Origin: a virus
Lineage: Duplodnaviria; Caudoviricetes
IMG/VR virus record: IMGVR_UViG_3300033069_001711
Coordinates: 1-64,000 of that record
Reading direction: 5' to 3' (one strand)
Length of the DNA: 64,000 nt
Shown: positions 39,150 to 48,893 of the stretch, one piece after another
Position numbering within the stretch: the stretch's first letter is position 1
How the letters are laid out: each line of letters opens with the position of its first letter
Made by a program: the position numbers and the translations under genes
The notes under the pieces: model-generated
What the model was told of the DNA's origin: nothing
Seen by the model: only the letters and a program-made list of their open reading frames with translations
Databases searched by the model: none

Positions 39150-39961
39150 AAGAACCTGCAATTCTCCTGGTCACATGTTGTCTCGAACAATCACGTTACG
39201 AGTTGGTAAAACAAGTCTTTGACAACATCAAGACGCAATGTCCTCCAGACTGGAAGTCGAGAATTACTGTTTTTGACAACGCTTCGACTTTCTTGAGTTC
39301 AGAAGAAATTCTGAATACAGTCGACAATGTTTATCGATGTGATCGCAATGTAGGCTATTGGACAGCAATCGATTGGTGGCTTGAAAGTTTGAAATCTGAT
39401 CCACCAGTGTATACGTACGTTATTGAATCTGACATGATGCACTATGGCGCTTATCATCTTGATGAGTGCGTTAAATTCCTAGATCGTCACCCAAATTTAG
39501 GTGGCATGCGATTGCATGAATACTCAGTTGAAAATTTTCATCTCTACAACAAAGATGAACCTCGACCTGACTCTAAGCGAAATCTTTGGCAATCACACAC
39601 AAATAAAGTGACCGGTCAAAGCATTAATCTTCAACGTGTTGAAGGCAGTTTTTGGTCAACAAATTTTTTAACACAGCTGCCTGCGCTCAATCGCTATCAA
39701 GCGCTGAAGACAGTTTTCAATCAGTTGCATGATCGCGGACAGTTCACTGAACTAGATTTTCAACACGCATACCACGACATGTATCCTAACATTGCAATCC
39801 ATGACGGTGGCATTTTTAATTGCGATCTGAATCCGTATGGTACGCCTGGCATCACGGGATCATGGACAAGTGCGCAAGATCTACAAAAGATCGGATATCA
39901 AAGCACTCGATTTGCCACGATCGTTCCACGTGACCAGTACATGGTTACTCGCTTAGTTTAA
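39146..39961 (+). CDS. GT-A (GT2-like) glycosyltransferase
   Basis: VFDNAST; RNVGYWTA; VIESD. Confidence 0.6.
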   Translation: MKEPAILLVTCCLEQSRYELVKQVFDNIKTQCPPDWKSRITVFDNASTFLSSEEILNTVDNVYRCDRNVGYWTAIDWWLESLKSDPPVYTYVIESDMMHYGAYHLDECVKFLDRHPNLGGMRLHEYSVENFHLYNKDEPRPDSKRNLWQSHTNKVTGQSINLQRVEGSFWSTNFLTQLPALNRYQALKTVFNQLHDRGQFTELDFQHAYHDMYPNIAIHDGGIFNCDLNPYGTPGITGSWTSAQDLQKIGYQSTRFATIVPRDQYMVTRLV

Positions 39962-39969
39962 AGTTCAAC

Positions 39970-41016
39970 ATGTCTAAGACTCTCATCATCGGCGGCACTG
40001 GATCGCTAGGTCGAAAATTAATCGAACGAATGTTACCTGATGGTGATGTCGCTGTTTGTTCTCGAGACGAGGCAAAACATTGGTCTATTCGAAATGAGTT
40101 GACTAGTTTTACGGCGGCATGTTTACCACATAAGTTAGAATTCTATGTTGGTGACGTAAGAGATCTTTCTCGAATGCGTGACGTCATTCGACAATATCAA
40201 CCCGATACAGTTATTGTCGCAGCTGCGCTCAAACAAGTTGACACGTGTGAATTGAGTCCAAGCGAAAGCGTAGCGACTAATCTAATAGGCACTCAAAATG
40301 TCGTCGATGCCGTCGTTAGTTTATCACCTGCCATCAATGTTCAAAGAGTTCTATTTGTCAGTACCGACAAAGCGTGTTCGCCTGTCAACGTTTATGGCAT
40401 GTGTAAAGCGATCTCTGAACGTATCGTCACCAGTCACTCAAACGTCTTTCCAAGTACCAAATTTCTAGCTGTTCGTTATGGCAATGTACTTGAATCAAGA
40501 GGTAGCATCATTCCACTTTTCAAGTACCAAGCTGAAAATAATGATTGTTTGACAGTCACTGATCCAGACATGACGCGCTTTGTCATGACACTTGATGATA
40601 GCGTAGATTTGATCAAAAAAACTCTTGAACATGGTAAGTCTGGCGAAACATGGATTCCGTGTTTACCCGCAATGAAGATCGGTGATCTAGCTCAGATCTT
40701 CTCAGAAAAATACAATAAACCTGTCAAAATCATCGGTCTCAGACCAGGTGAAAAGAAGCACGAAGATCTGATCAATGAATCTGAATCTGTTCGTACTCGA
40801 AAAGTGTTATTGATACCGCCTAAAGAAAGTTTAAACTACGTTATCGGTCCCGCTTTCATAGCTGGCGGCGGCACACGATTTACTTACGCTAGTTCCGACA
40901 TTGTCATGTCACAAGATGATTTGAAATCTTATCTTGATCGTTTAGGAATTCTTGAACCTGGACTTGATAAGTTTCAGGGCGCGCCGATCGAAGAAATTAT
41001 GACAAATAGGAAATGA
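39970..41016 (+). CDS. UDP-GlcNAc 4,6-dehydratase (PseB/CapD/FnlA-like SDR)
   Basis: GGTGSLG; SRDEAK; AAALKQV; STDKACSPVNVYGMCK; RYGNVLESRGSIIP; MTRF; GLRPGEKKHE. Confidence 0.9.
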   Translation: MSKTLIIGGTGSLGRKLIERMLPDGDVAVCSRDEAKHWSIRNELTSFTAACLPHKLEFYVGDVRDLSRMRDVIRQYQPDTVIVAAALKQVDTCELSPSESVATNLIGTQNVVDAVVSLSPAINVQRVLFVSTDKACSPVNVYGMCKAISERIVTSHSNVFPSTKFLAVRYGNVLESRGSIIPLFKYQAENNDCLTVTDPDMTRFVMTLDDSVDLIKKTLEHGKSGETWIPCLPAMKIGDLAQIFSEKYNKPVKIIGLRPGEKKHEDLINESESVRTRKVLLIPPKESLNYVIGPAFIAGGGTRFTYASSDIVMSQDDLKSYLDRLGILEPGLDKFQGAPIEEIMTNRK

Positions 41017-41017
41017 C

Positions 41018-42160
41018 ATGAAGAACTATCCACTGTTCAAAGTCAACGTCAATTCTGACTTAGCTCTTTCAAAGATTCAAGAGGTCTTTAATTCAGGCTT
41101 CATCAATGAAGGTGTTCAAGTTACTCAATTGACAGAGAAGTTGTCAAAGATCCTTGAAACTAAGCACTTAGCATTGACAAATAGTGGAACAAGCGCTTTG
41201 ACTTTGGCTCTTAAACTTGCGGGCGTAGGACCGGGAGATGAAGTTATTTCTACGCCAATGACATGCGTGGCGTCGAATACGCCCATTGTCAATCTTGGAG
41301 CACACGTAGTTTGGGCAGACATCGATCCTGTTCATGGCATGATAGACCCGCACTCTATCATGAAAAAAGTCACTCACAAGACAAAGGCTGTGATGGCCGT
41401 TGCATGGGCTGGCACGCCTCCAGACCTATTCATGTTGCAAAAATTCTGTCAAGATCTAAAGATCAAATTGATTCTTGATGCCGCCCACGCGTTTGGTGCA
41501 CGATATCAAAACAAGCCTATTCATGAATGGGCAGACTTTACTTGTTACAGCTTTCAAGCAATCAAACACTTCACTACTGGAGATGGCGGCGCGCTGATTA
41601 GCAAATCATCATCTGATTATTCGCGCTCCAAGTCATTGAAGTGGTTTGGTCTAGATCGTGATAAAGCCAAGGACGAAAAGGGGGATTGGAAAGGTCAACA
41701 GTGGGACGTCGATGTTGAAGAAGCCGGCTACAAGTTCAATATGAATAATGTTTCTGCCGCTATTGGTCTCTCGCAAGTTCCATTCATTGATCGCACCATC
41801 GCGGCGCATCGCGCCAATGCTGAACTTTACGATCAGATGTTTAGTGATTGCGAGACTGTAAAACCGACGTCACGTCCTGTTGGTGCAGAATCTAGTTTTT
41901 GGGTTTACACCATGAAAATTGATCCTGCAAAATCATCCATCTCTCGCGATGAGCTGCTTCGTGTATTGAACGCTGAAGGAATCATGGCTGGGGTCGTGCA
42001 TGTACCGAATGACGCATACACTGCCTTCAAGTCTTCACAAACAGATTTACCTGGCGTCCGCGAATTCAGCGACAATCAATTTTCATTGCCTTGCGGGTGG
42101 TGGTTGGAGAACGAAGATCTTGAACACATCGCTAAACGCGTCAAGGAATTGACAAAGTGA
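41018..42160 (+). CDS. DegT/DnrJ/EryC1/StrS PLP sugar aminotransferase
   Basis: NSGTSAL; GPGDEVI; DAAHAFG; SFQAIKHFTTGDGG; GYKFNM. Confidence 0.9.
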   Translation: MKNYPLFKVNVNSDLALSKIQEVFNSGFINEGVQVTQLTEKLSKILETKHLALTNSGTSALTLALKLAGVGPGDEVISTPMTCVASNTPIVNLGAHVVWADIDPVHGMIDPHSIMKKVTHKTKAVMAVAWAGTPPDLFMLQKFCQDLKIKLILDAAHAFGARYQNKPIHEWADFTCYSFQAIKHFTTGDGGALISKSSSDYSRSKSLKWFGLDRDKAKDEKGDWKGQQWDVDVEEAGYKFNMNNVSAAIGLSQVPFIDRTIAAHRANAELYDQMFSDCETVKPTSRPVGAESSFWVYTMKIDPAKSSISRDELLRVLNAEGIMAGVVHVPNDAYTAFKSSQTDLPGVREFSDNQFSLPCGWWLENEDLEHIAKRVKELTK

Positions 42161-42702
42161 TCGTCAAACGTGCAGTAAATCCAGTTCTTTTCAAACTTCG
42201 TCCTGTCACGGATGATGATCACAAGTTTCTTGTGGAACTTCACAATGATCCAGTTGTCTTGAAGAACATGACACACGCAGAACCCATCACAATGGACTCA
42301 CACTTGGCGTGGTGGAACAAAATCAAGAATAATCATAATCAACTACGTCTGATCTTTGAAGTTGGCGATAAACCCGCGGGCTTCACCAAGTTTTACGACG
42401 TCGATTCTGGTAATCGAAACTGTGTCTTGGGTGCCGACATTCATAATGATTTTCGAGGTAAAGGTTACGCTCGATTGATGTGGACGTTGATGTTGCGTCG
42501 ATGTTTTGATGACATGCGCCTACACCGCGTCAGCTTGACGACCGCTGTCTACAATGAAGTTGGACATCACATCTATGAATCGTTGGGATTCAAAGAAGAA
42601 GGTCGATTGACACAATCATTATGGCGTGACGGGACGTATCACGATCAGATCATTATGTACATGTTGAAATCGACATGGGAATCGATGAGTGAGCAGACAT
42701 GA
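42157..42702 (+). CDS. GNAT N-acetyltransferase (PseH/RimL-like)
   Basis: HLAWW; FRGKGYA; YESLGFKEEG. Confidence 0.85.
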   Translation: MIVKRAVNPVLFKLRPVTDDDHKFLVELHNDPVVLKNMTHAEPITMDSHLAWWNKIKNNHNQLRLIFEVGDKPAGFTKFYDVDSGNRNCVLGADIHNDFRGKGYARLMWTLMLRRCFDDMRLHRVSLTTAVYNEVGHHIYESLGFKEEGRLTQSLWRDGTYHDQIIMYMLKSTWESMSEQT

Positions 42703-43427
42703 TTGAATTGCCTCGTATTTTTGTCGGAACCATGTACACGAATGAAGGTGACTTCCAAACGTGTCTAGACCGCATTCAGCATCAAGAAGACGTCACTGTT
42801 ACTCATTTCATCGTAGCTGGACTGAAGGAAAAAGAAGCTCACAATGCATTGTGGCATGCTTGGAAAGATCAGCGTGATGGTCATGAACTTTTTGTCAAAA
42901 TTGACGCGGACACAGTGCTGGCAGAAAAGAATACGCTAGCAGAAATTGCTAAATTGTTTCGCGACAATCCACGAGTGACAGGTCTCCAGGCACCTCTGCA
43001 TGATTACATGACTGATGATCACATTCATGGCCTCAACGTTTTCAGCCCTAAAGTGACGTTCAATGACACTCAAGATGAACTATATTGTGATCGCCAGGTT
43101 GACACAGATCATGATATTGTCCTGCGTGGAACGAGCCTCCCAGCTTCATTGACGCCGGCAGGCCTACATTGTCACTATGCCAATGAATGTCAAGCATTTC
43201 ATTATGGCGTGCATCGTTCATTGAAAGGACAAAAACACGTCATCAATAAAGTGATGGAGGTTTGGCGCAGAGATCAAGATCGAATTAGGGGATTTGCATT
43301 GATCGGCGCCAGTATGTCTGGCATTTTTGCTGAAAATCGTCGTTTCAATTATTCAGATCAAGAATTCAAATTAGCTTTCCAACAAGCATCAGCGTGTTAT
43401 GATCAGATGGTTAAGGTTTGGAAATGA
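42699..43427 (+). CDS. Putative GT-A-like transferase, paralogue of 53135..53857
   Basis: VKIDADTVL DxD motif; motifs shared with the paralogue. Confidence 0.5.
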   Translation: MIELPRIFVGTMYTNEGDFQTCLDRIQHQEDVTVTHFIVAGLKEKEAHNALWHAWKDQRDGHELFVKIDADTVLAEKNTLAEIAKLFRDNPRVTGLQAPLHDYMTDDHIHGLNVFSPKVTFNDTQDELYCDRQVDTDHDIVLRGTSLPASLTPAGLHCHYANECQAFHYGVHRSLKGQKHVINKVMEVWRRDQDRIRGFALIGASMSGIFAENRRFNYSDQEFKLAFQQASACYDQMVKVWK

Positions 43428-44110
43428 TTCTTACTTCGCATAATGATTTTAGTATGGAAACATACGAATGGATCATCAATGACGCATTATGCGAAGGTTA
43501 TCGATTTGTCACACTGTCTGAATTCATTAAACTTGGATGTCCAGACAAGTATTTTTTTGTCATTCGGCATGATCTAGATCATAAACCGTCATCTCTTGAA
43601 CACGTCATCAATTCTGAATTGAAGATGGGCGTTAGATCAACAACGTTCATTCGAGTTGCCGGCGCTGAATACAATCCATTGAGTTATCCATGTTTCAAGC
43701 TTTTGAAACATGCCAGCGAGCACGGAATGGAATTAGGACTTCACACTAATTTTGTCGAATTTGCTGCGATCAATAAGCTCAATCCACGAGACGTTTTAGA
43801 AAGCGAACTCAATATGTTGAGGGCTTTTTTTCCAATTCGAGGATTGGCACCCCACCGTGACATCAATTACCTTCACAATTCACTCCCATGGCTCGAGGAG
43901 CACTGGAAAGAAATCTCTGAAGAGCTAAAGTTAGATTACCATGCCTATGAAGATCGAATTCTCTCGAAGGTTGTCTATGCCAACGAGGGATTCAACCCGC
44001 ACCTTTGCTGGCGCACTCATCCGTCTCAAGGTCTTGCGACCGGTCGATCCATTTACATGTTGACTCACCCACATTGGTGGTTCAAAAATCATCCCTTTGA
44101 GGCGCCATGA
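43418..44110 (+). CDS. Polysaccharide deacetylase-like (NodB fold) protein
   Basis: IRHDLD; RSTTF; ELGLH; PH; MLTHPHWW. Confidence 0.65.
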   Translation: MEMILTSHNDFSMETYEWIINDALCEGYRFVTLSEFIKLGCPDKYFFVIRHDLDHKPSSLEHVINSELKMGVRSTTFIRVAGAEYNPLSYPCFKLLKHASEHGMELGLHTNFVEFAAINKLNPRDVLESELNMLRAFFPIRGLAPHRDINYLHNSLPWLEEHWKEISEELKLDYHAYEDRILSKVVYANEGFNPHLCWRTHPSQGLATGRSIYMLTHPHWWFKNHPFEAP

Positions 44111-44799
44111 AAATTCTATTTGCACTGTATCGAGAATGGGCTGAAAAAGTATTTTTTGCAGTTGCGCCGATGATGCAACAACGCAATCACTTTTACAAAA
44201 TTGTCAAAACGCCTGAAGCATTGTTAGACGAAGTCAATGGTGAATGGGATGTTGTCATCTTGTTAGGATGGAGTTGGAAAGTTCCTGCCGACGTTGTTAA
44301 CAATCGTTTGGTCATTGGAATGCATCCATCTGATTTGCCTCATTACGCCGGCGGATCTCCCATTCAAAATCAAATTCTAGATGGTGTTGAACAAACGTAT
44401 GCAACACTGTTCAAGCTGGATGAAAAATTTGACGAAGGTCAGATCATTGACAAAGAAATGATCGATCTTCGCGGTCACCTTCATGACGTGTTACGCAATA
44501 TTACCGTGGCATCATCAACACTTGTCATACGATTTATCACAAATTTTCCGAATAACACATACGCAAAACAAACTGGCGAAGGGATCAAAGTCAAGCGCTT
44601 GAAACCTGAACACAGCAAATTACCCAACCCAATGCGTCCAGTTCCTAGCCAACCTTATCCCGTGGCTATTGAAGCAATGACTTGTAAGGAATTGTGGAAT
44701 CACATCAGGTGTCGTGAAGACCCATATCCTAATGCGTATTTTGAAGACGCGACTGGCAAATTGATCATCAAACAAGTTGAATTTGAACCCAAGACATGA
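44107..44799 (+). CDS. Formyltransferase (sugar-nucleotide N-formyltransferase / Fmt-like)
   Basis: GMHPSDLPHYAGGSPIQNQI; LDEKFDEGQII. Confidence 0.8.
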   Translation: MKILFALYREWAEKVFFAVAPMMQQRNHFYKIVKTPEALLDEVNGEWDVVILLGWSWKVPADVVNNRLVIGMHPSDLPHYAGGSPIQNQILDGVEQTYATLFKLDEKFDEGQIIDKEMIDLRGHLHDVLRNITVASSTLVIRFITNFPNNTYAKQTGEGIKVKRLKPEHSKLPNPMRPVPSQPYPVAIEAMTCKELWNHIRCREDPYPNAYFEDATGKLIIKQVEFEPKT

Positions 44800-45719
44800 A
44801 GAACATTGTTCAACTAGTTGACACTATTGATTACGTCAGAAGCAATTGTTTTCAACACCAACTAGAGATAGCTTTAGACCAAAAATGTAATCTGATTCAG
44901 GTCGAACTGAAAGACATTTTGTATGCGCCATCGAGTCCTGCTGACGGGTTCATCAGTTGTTTGAAACAGCGGACGTTAATGCGAAATTCTGAAGCTGTTG
45001 GAAAATGGCTCAAAGGGGCTTCATTGGTCGTTTACGATCAAGATCCTTGGCAATCATTCATGGATGACTCGCCTTTCAAAGGCGCATATCATCACATCAT
45101 GCAACACGTCAATGTCAAATCTTTTGCCTTGACGACGCAGTGGTGGGTTGATTATCTCGCTAGTGTTGGCATGCCATCAACCTTTGTCAAGATGGGTGTG
45201 TTGTCTCGCTATTGTGTGCAACGACCTGAATACCTGGAACGTAAGAACACTGTTGGATTCGTAGGGTCTGTTCACCCTCGTAGAAAAATGTTGTTAGATG
45301 CAATTGAGTCATCTGGCATCAAGACATCAGTTCTTGCAAGTAACTCATTAGCGTATCCTGAGTTTCTTGAAAAGCTTTCAGAGCTACGAATCTTCGTGCA
45401 CAATGAAGACATGTTGATTTATGTTGATGGCAAGGAATTGAATTTCAACACTGGCATGTGGGTCAAAGACGTTGAAGCTGCATCACAGGGATGCTTCAGT
45501 ATTCGAAGTAAGGCACAAGGATCTGAAACATACCTTGAAGGCTTGAATTCTGTAATTCTATACGATAACATTGAGCAAGTGCCTGACATCATTCGAGAGA
45601 TTGAGTCAATGAATGCAACAAAACGTCAATCAATCATTGATCATGCAGTGGCACAAATTACAGAAGAAGATGCATGGTCAGGAACGGCGCGTAAATTGAT
45701 TGAACTTGCTAGCCTTTGA
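44796..45719 (+). CDS. GT-B-like glycosyltransferase (CgeB-like)
   Basis: VGFVGSVHPRR; RIFVHNE; EAASQGCF. Confidence 0.55.
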   Translation: MKNIVQLVDTIDYVRSNCFQHQLEIALDQKCNLIQVELKDILYAPSSPADGFISCLKQRTLMRNSEAVGKWLKGASLVVYDQDPWQSFMDDSPFKGAYHHIMQHVNVKSFALTTQWWVDYLASVGMPSTFVKMGVLSRYCVQRPEYLERKNTVGFVGSVHPRRKMLLDAIESSGIKTSVLASNSLAYPEFLEKLSELRIFVHNEDMLIYVDGKELNFNTGMWVKDVEAASQGCFSIRSKAQGSETYLEGLNSVILYDNIEQVPDIIREIESMNATKRQSIIDHAVAQITEEDAWSGTARKLIELASL

Positions 45720-45745
45720 ACAGTTTTCTCAATCTGAAATAGGAT
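45716..45745 (+). promoter_or_regulatory. Candidate sigma-70-like promoter TTGAAC-N18-TAGGAT
   Basis: Directly upstream of ATG 45753. Confidence 0.3.
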
Positions 45746-45752
45746 TGAACGT

Positions 45753-46451
45753 ATGACTTCAAAATATATTGACAGGCTTCGAAATGACATTGTACGAGGC
45801 GAGGCCAAACAGTTGTTCGATCAGCTGGTTATGATTGTGGCTAACATGACGCCGGCAAATTGCTATGCAGTTGAATTACCCAAACAACCCGTCAAAGAAC
45901 TTGACAATGCAATCATCACACGAACACAAGAACTGTTTTTAGAGATCGGAATTACTCTCAATCGATCTATCGGTCTAGACAATGTCGTCTTCACACTCAG
46001 TGAAGCTAGAGAGATCCCCACTAAAATTTTGCACCCGCTCTTTTGGAGCAGAGCACCAGGCAAATTTGTCAATAAGCTTACCGGTAAAGAAGTTAAATTG
46101 ACTGATGAGAAAATCACCGGCCCAATATTCACTGGTACGGTTCGAGAATGGTATGAAACGCTTATTGAAACGCTAATTGACGGCGCTAATTCATTCATGA
46201 AAGAAATCGGTGAATTTCCGACTAGCGTCAGTGTTTCAGATGATCTTTTGTGTATCATAGAATGTTCAGTGCTGTACAAACCATCCTTTACAGTCAATGG
46301 TGACATTCCTCCTTCTTTCGCAGGAACACTTCCTAAGTTCAAAGTCTTTAAAGACGACACGTTGTTATCCAACGTTGCCAAATTGTCTGGCGTTAAGGAT
46401 GGCGTCAAATACACGTTAGATGTCAATGTTCTTGACATGAACATCATCTGA
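45753..46451 (+). CDS. Truncated T4 gp23-type major capsid protein paralogue (232 aa)
   Basis: FWSRAPGKFVNK, FTGTVREWYETLIET, SVLYKP, KVFKD and C-terminal VLDMNII resemble segments I recall from jumbo-myovirus gp23-like capsid proteins; not computed. Confidence 0.65.
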   Translation: MTSKYIDRLRNDIVRGEAKQLFDQLVMIVANMTPANCYAVELPKQPVKELDNAIITRTQELFLEIGITLNRSIGLDNVVFTLSEAREIPTKILHPLFWSRAPGKFVNKLTGKEVKLTDEKITGPIFTGTVREWYETLIETLIDGANSFMKEIGEFPTSVSVSDDLLCIIECSVLYKPSFTVNGDIPPSFAGTLPKFKVFKDDTLLSNVAKLSGVKDGVKYTLDVNVLDMNII

Positions 46452-46460
46452 AGGAACATC

Positions 46461-47441
46461 ATGAAATCAATTGCAGTGATCGGACAAGGTTTTGTGGGTG
46501 GTTCGCTCACTACTGTCTTTGCAGAACGTGGGTTTGACGTCTATACGTACGACAAGGCTGGCAAACAAGCACCAGGAGCGAAACATTCACACGAAGTGAC
46601 TGTTCATTCTGAAGGACTCACGTCATATGATCTCTTACCTGCTTCATCTGTTGAAGATTTAGTTGCCTCATGTGAAGCACTCAAGACATTTTCTGGTGTT
46701 TACTTCGTTTGTCTTCCAACTCCAATGTTTGAAGACGGCGAGGCTGATTTGTCGATTGTAGAGGGCGTTCTAGAACAATTAAGCAAATTACCCGGTAACC
46801 GAATTGCAGTTGTCAAATCAACTGTCCCGCCCGGTACGACAGAACGTTGGAATAAGACGTTTGATAACACCGGACTTCGAGTTGTCTTCAATCCAGAATT
46901 TCTGACAGAAGCAAATGCTCTGGATGATATGCGCAATCAGAATCGCATCATTTTGGGAGGTCCTCGACCATGGATCAACACTGTCAAGCTAGTTTTTCAA
47001 TCTGCATTTCCAAAGGTTCCGCTTGTCAAAACGTCTTCAACAACTGCGGAAATGGTAAAGTACACCATTAATTGTTTTCTCGCAACCAAAGTCTCTTTCG
47101 CTAATGAAATGGCACAGATTTGTGAAGCACTTGACAACAAGGGTCTAAACATTGACTATGATAAAGTTGTTGAATACGCCAAGCTCGACACTCGACTAGG
47201 AAACAGTCATTGGGCCGTGCCAGGACCAGTGCCAGCTCATGATGGTCGTTACGTTCGCGGATTTGGCGGTCATTGTTTTCCAAAAGACTTGAATGCTCTA
47301 ACTTTCATTGCTGAATCTTTAGGCATTGATCCAAAAGTTTTGAAAGGTGTTTGGGCTAAAAATCTAGAAGTTCGTAGTCCTGATGATCGAGATTGGGAAC
47401 ACATGAAAGATCGTGCTGTTAGCAAGAGAAAATTAAATTGA
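46461..47441 (+). CDS. UDP-glucose/GDP-mannose 6-dehydrogenase family
   Basis: GQGFVG; VCLPTP; KSTVPPGTT; NPEFLTE; AEMVKY..N; GFGGHCFPKD. Confidence 0.9.
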   Translation: MKSIAVIGQGFVGGSLTTVFAERGFDVYTYDKAGKQAPGAKHSHEVTVHSEGLTSYDLLPASSVEDLVASCEALKTFSGVYFVCLPTPMFEDGEADLSIVEGVLEQLSKLPGNRIAVVKSTVPPGTTERWNKTFDNTGLRVVFNPEFLTEANALDDMRNQNRIILGGPRPWINTVKLVFQSAFPKVPLVKTSSTTAEMVKYTINCFLATKVSFANEMAQICEALDNKGLNIDYDKVVEYAKLDTRLGNSHWAVPGPVPAHDGRYVRGFGGHCFPKDLNALTFIAESLGIDPKVLKGVWAKNLEVRSPDDRDWEHMKDRAVSKRKLN

Positions 47442-47659
47442 AGTACACCGTTGCGCTCAGCAAGGATTTTATTCTCGACTTACCAACTGTGGCAAAAATT
47501 CATGAACAAATCGACGGCGATAAATGCAAAGTATATGCATGCGTCGTTTGCGAAAATGGTACACAACTTAAGGTACCAATTCGTGTTCGAAAAGATGAGT
47601 CAGATCGTTTGTTCATTACCTTTGACATAGAAGAGTTGAACAACTCTAACGAGAGTTGA
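47438..47659 (+). CDS. Hypothetical protein (73 aa)
   Basis: TTG start overlapping the upstream stop. Confidence 0.45.
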   Translation: MKYTVALSKDFILDLPTVAKIHEQIDGDKCKVYACVVCENGTQLKVPIRVRKDESDRLFITFDIEELNNSNES

Positions 47660-47740
47660 TACGTAATCAATAGATGGCAAACCGCCATCACAGCAAATCA
47701 ATCCAGAGAGGGTTGTGCTGGAACTTTCACGGAGAGTGGC

Positions 47741-48778
47741 ATGTACGAGTTTGGAGTTCTCATTGGGCGTTTTCAGCCATTTCATAATGCGCACCTAGAA
47801 TTGGTGCGCTTTGCGTTTAAACAAGTTGAAACTTTGGTGATTGGTTTGGGCAGTAGCAATCAAGCTCCTGACACTCGTAATCCCTGGTCAGCTGATGAGC
47901 GCGAGGCAATGATTCGGTCTTGCCTCACAAATGAAGAAAATAATCGACTTCGATTTGCACGTCTCGAAGATTATTACTACAACAATCTTCGATGGATCGC
48001 TGGTGTTCAAAAGGCAATTAGTGATCACATTGGCGCATCAAAAGACGTCAAGCTGATCGGTTTCAAGAAAGACGCTTCTAGCTTTTATCTCAACTTGTTT
48101 CCGCAATGGGGACCATGTCTTGAACCAAAGATCGACATCAACCTAGACGCATCTCGCGTTAGAGATCTGATGTTCACGCAAGACAAGATCGGCATCAAGA
48201 ATTTTCTTCCTGAACCAGTCTACGTCGGGATTGCAGCGTGGATGGAAACTGAAGAATTCAAACGTCTTCATGATGAACAACACTTCATCTGGGATGAACA
48301 AGAAAAATGGCGCGATCGATTGCATTCTATCGGTGTCAAGCATCCGCCAACCTTTAACACTGTGGATGCAGTGTGCATATGCAGTGGTCACATCCTAGTT
48401 GTCCGCCGTGGCGGAAAATACGGACGAGGTTTAATCGCACTTCCAGGAGGTTATCTCGACGTAGAAGAGACACTGGAAAAGAGTTGCATTCGTGAGCTCA
48501 AGGAAGAGACGAGTATTAGACTTGCTCGAAGTTATTTGACAAATTCCATTGTCGATCAAGGAACATTCGACCATCCATTGCGCGATCTTCGAGGTCGAGT
48601 AATCACCCAAGCCTTTTGCCTCAAATTACCAGATGGAGAGCTACCCGAGGTGAAAGGCGCGGATGACGCTGACAAGGCTTGGTGGATGCCGTTGAATGAT
48701 GTCAACAATAATCGTGAACGATTCTTCAGTGATCACTGGCATATCATTGACAGATTTGTTGGCGCGCACAAATTCTAA
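47741..48778 (+). CDS. nadM: Bifunctional NMN adenylyltransferase / Nudix ADP-ribose pyrophosphatase (NadM-Nudix)
   Basis: GRFQPFHNAH; NPWSADERE; Nudix box GGYLDVEETLEKSCIRELKEET; DLRGRVITQAF; DDADKAWW; FSDH. Confidence 0.9.
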   Translation: MYEFGVLIGRFQPFHNAHLELVRFAFKQVETLVIGLGSSNQAPDTRNPWSADEREAMIRSCLTNEENNRLRFARLEDYYYNNLRWIAGVQKAISDHIGASKDVKLIGFKKDASSFYLNLFPQWGPCLEPKIDINLDASRVRDLMFTQDKIGIKNFLPEPVYVGIAAWMETEEFKRLHDEQHFIWDEQEKWRDRLHSIGVKHPPTFNTVDAVCICSGHILVVRRGGKYGRGLIALPGGYLDVEETLEKSCIRELKEETSIRLARSYLTNSIVDQGTFDHPLRDLRGRVITQAFCLKLPDGELPEVKGADDADKAWWMPLNDVNNNRERFFSDHWHIIDRFVGAHKF

Positions 48779-48893
48779 CATTGCGAGGAACTTAAATTAT
48801 GAGTATTCGGGAAGAAGATCAACAGAATTCGCAACAATACAATTGTCGCCATGGCCGTCATTGTTATCACGACAATTATCCTAAAATTGATTC

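Noticed and set aside
45863-46510. Long antisense ORFs (also 30125..30658, 38337..38786, 60446..60886, 61238..61723 and the many 60-100 aa track entries)
   Set aside because: They overlap well-supported genes on the opposite strand or in another frame, and show no motifs; treated as shadows
28463-47441. Host O-antigen/capsule locus or cellular contig
   Set aside because: No flippase, polymerase or initiating transferase; genes are interleaved with phage-type ORFs and flanked by virion genes
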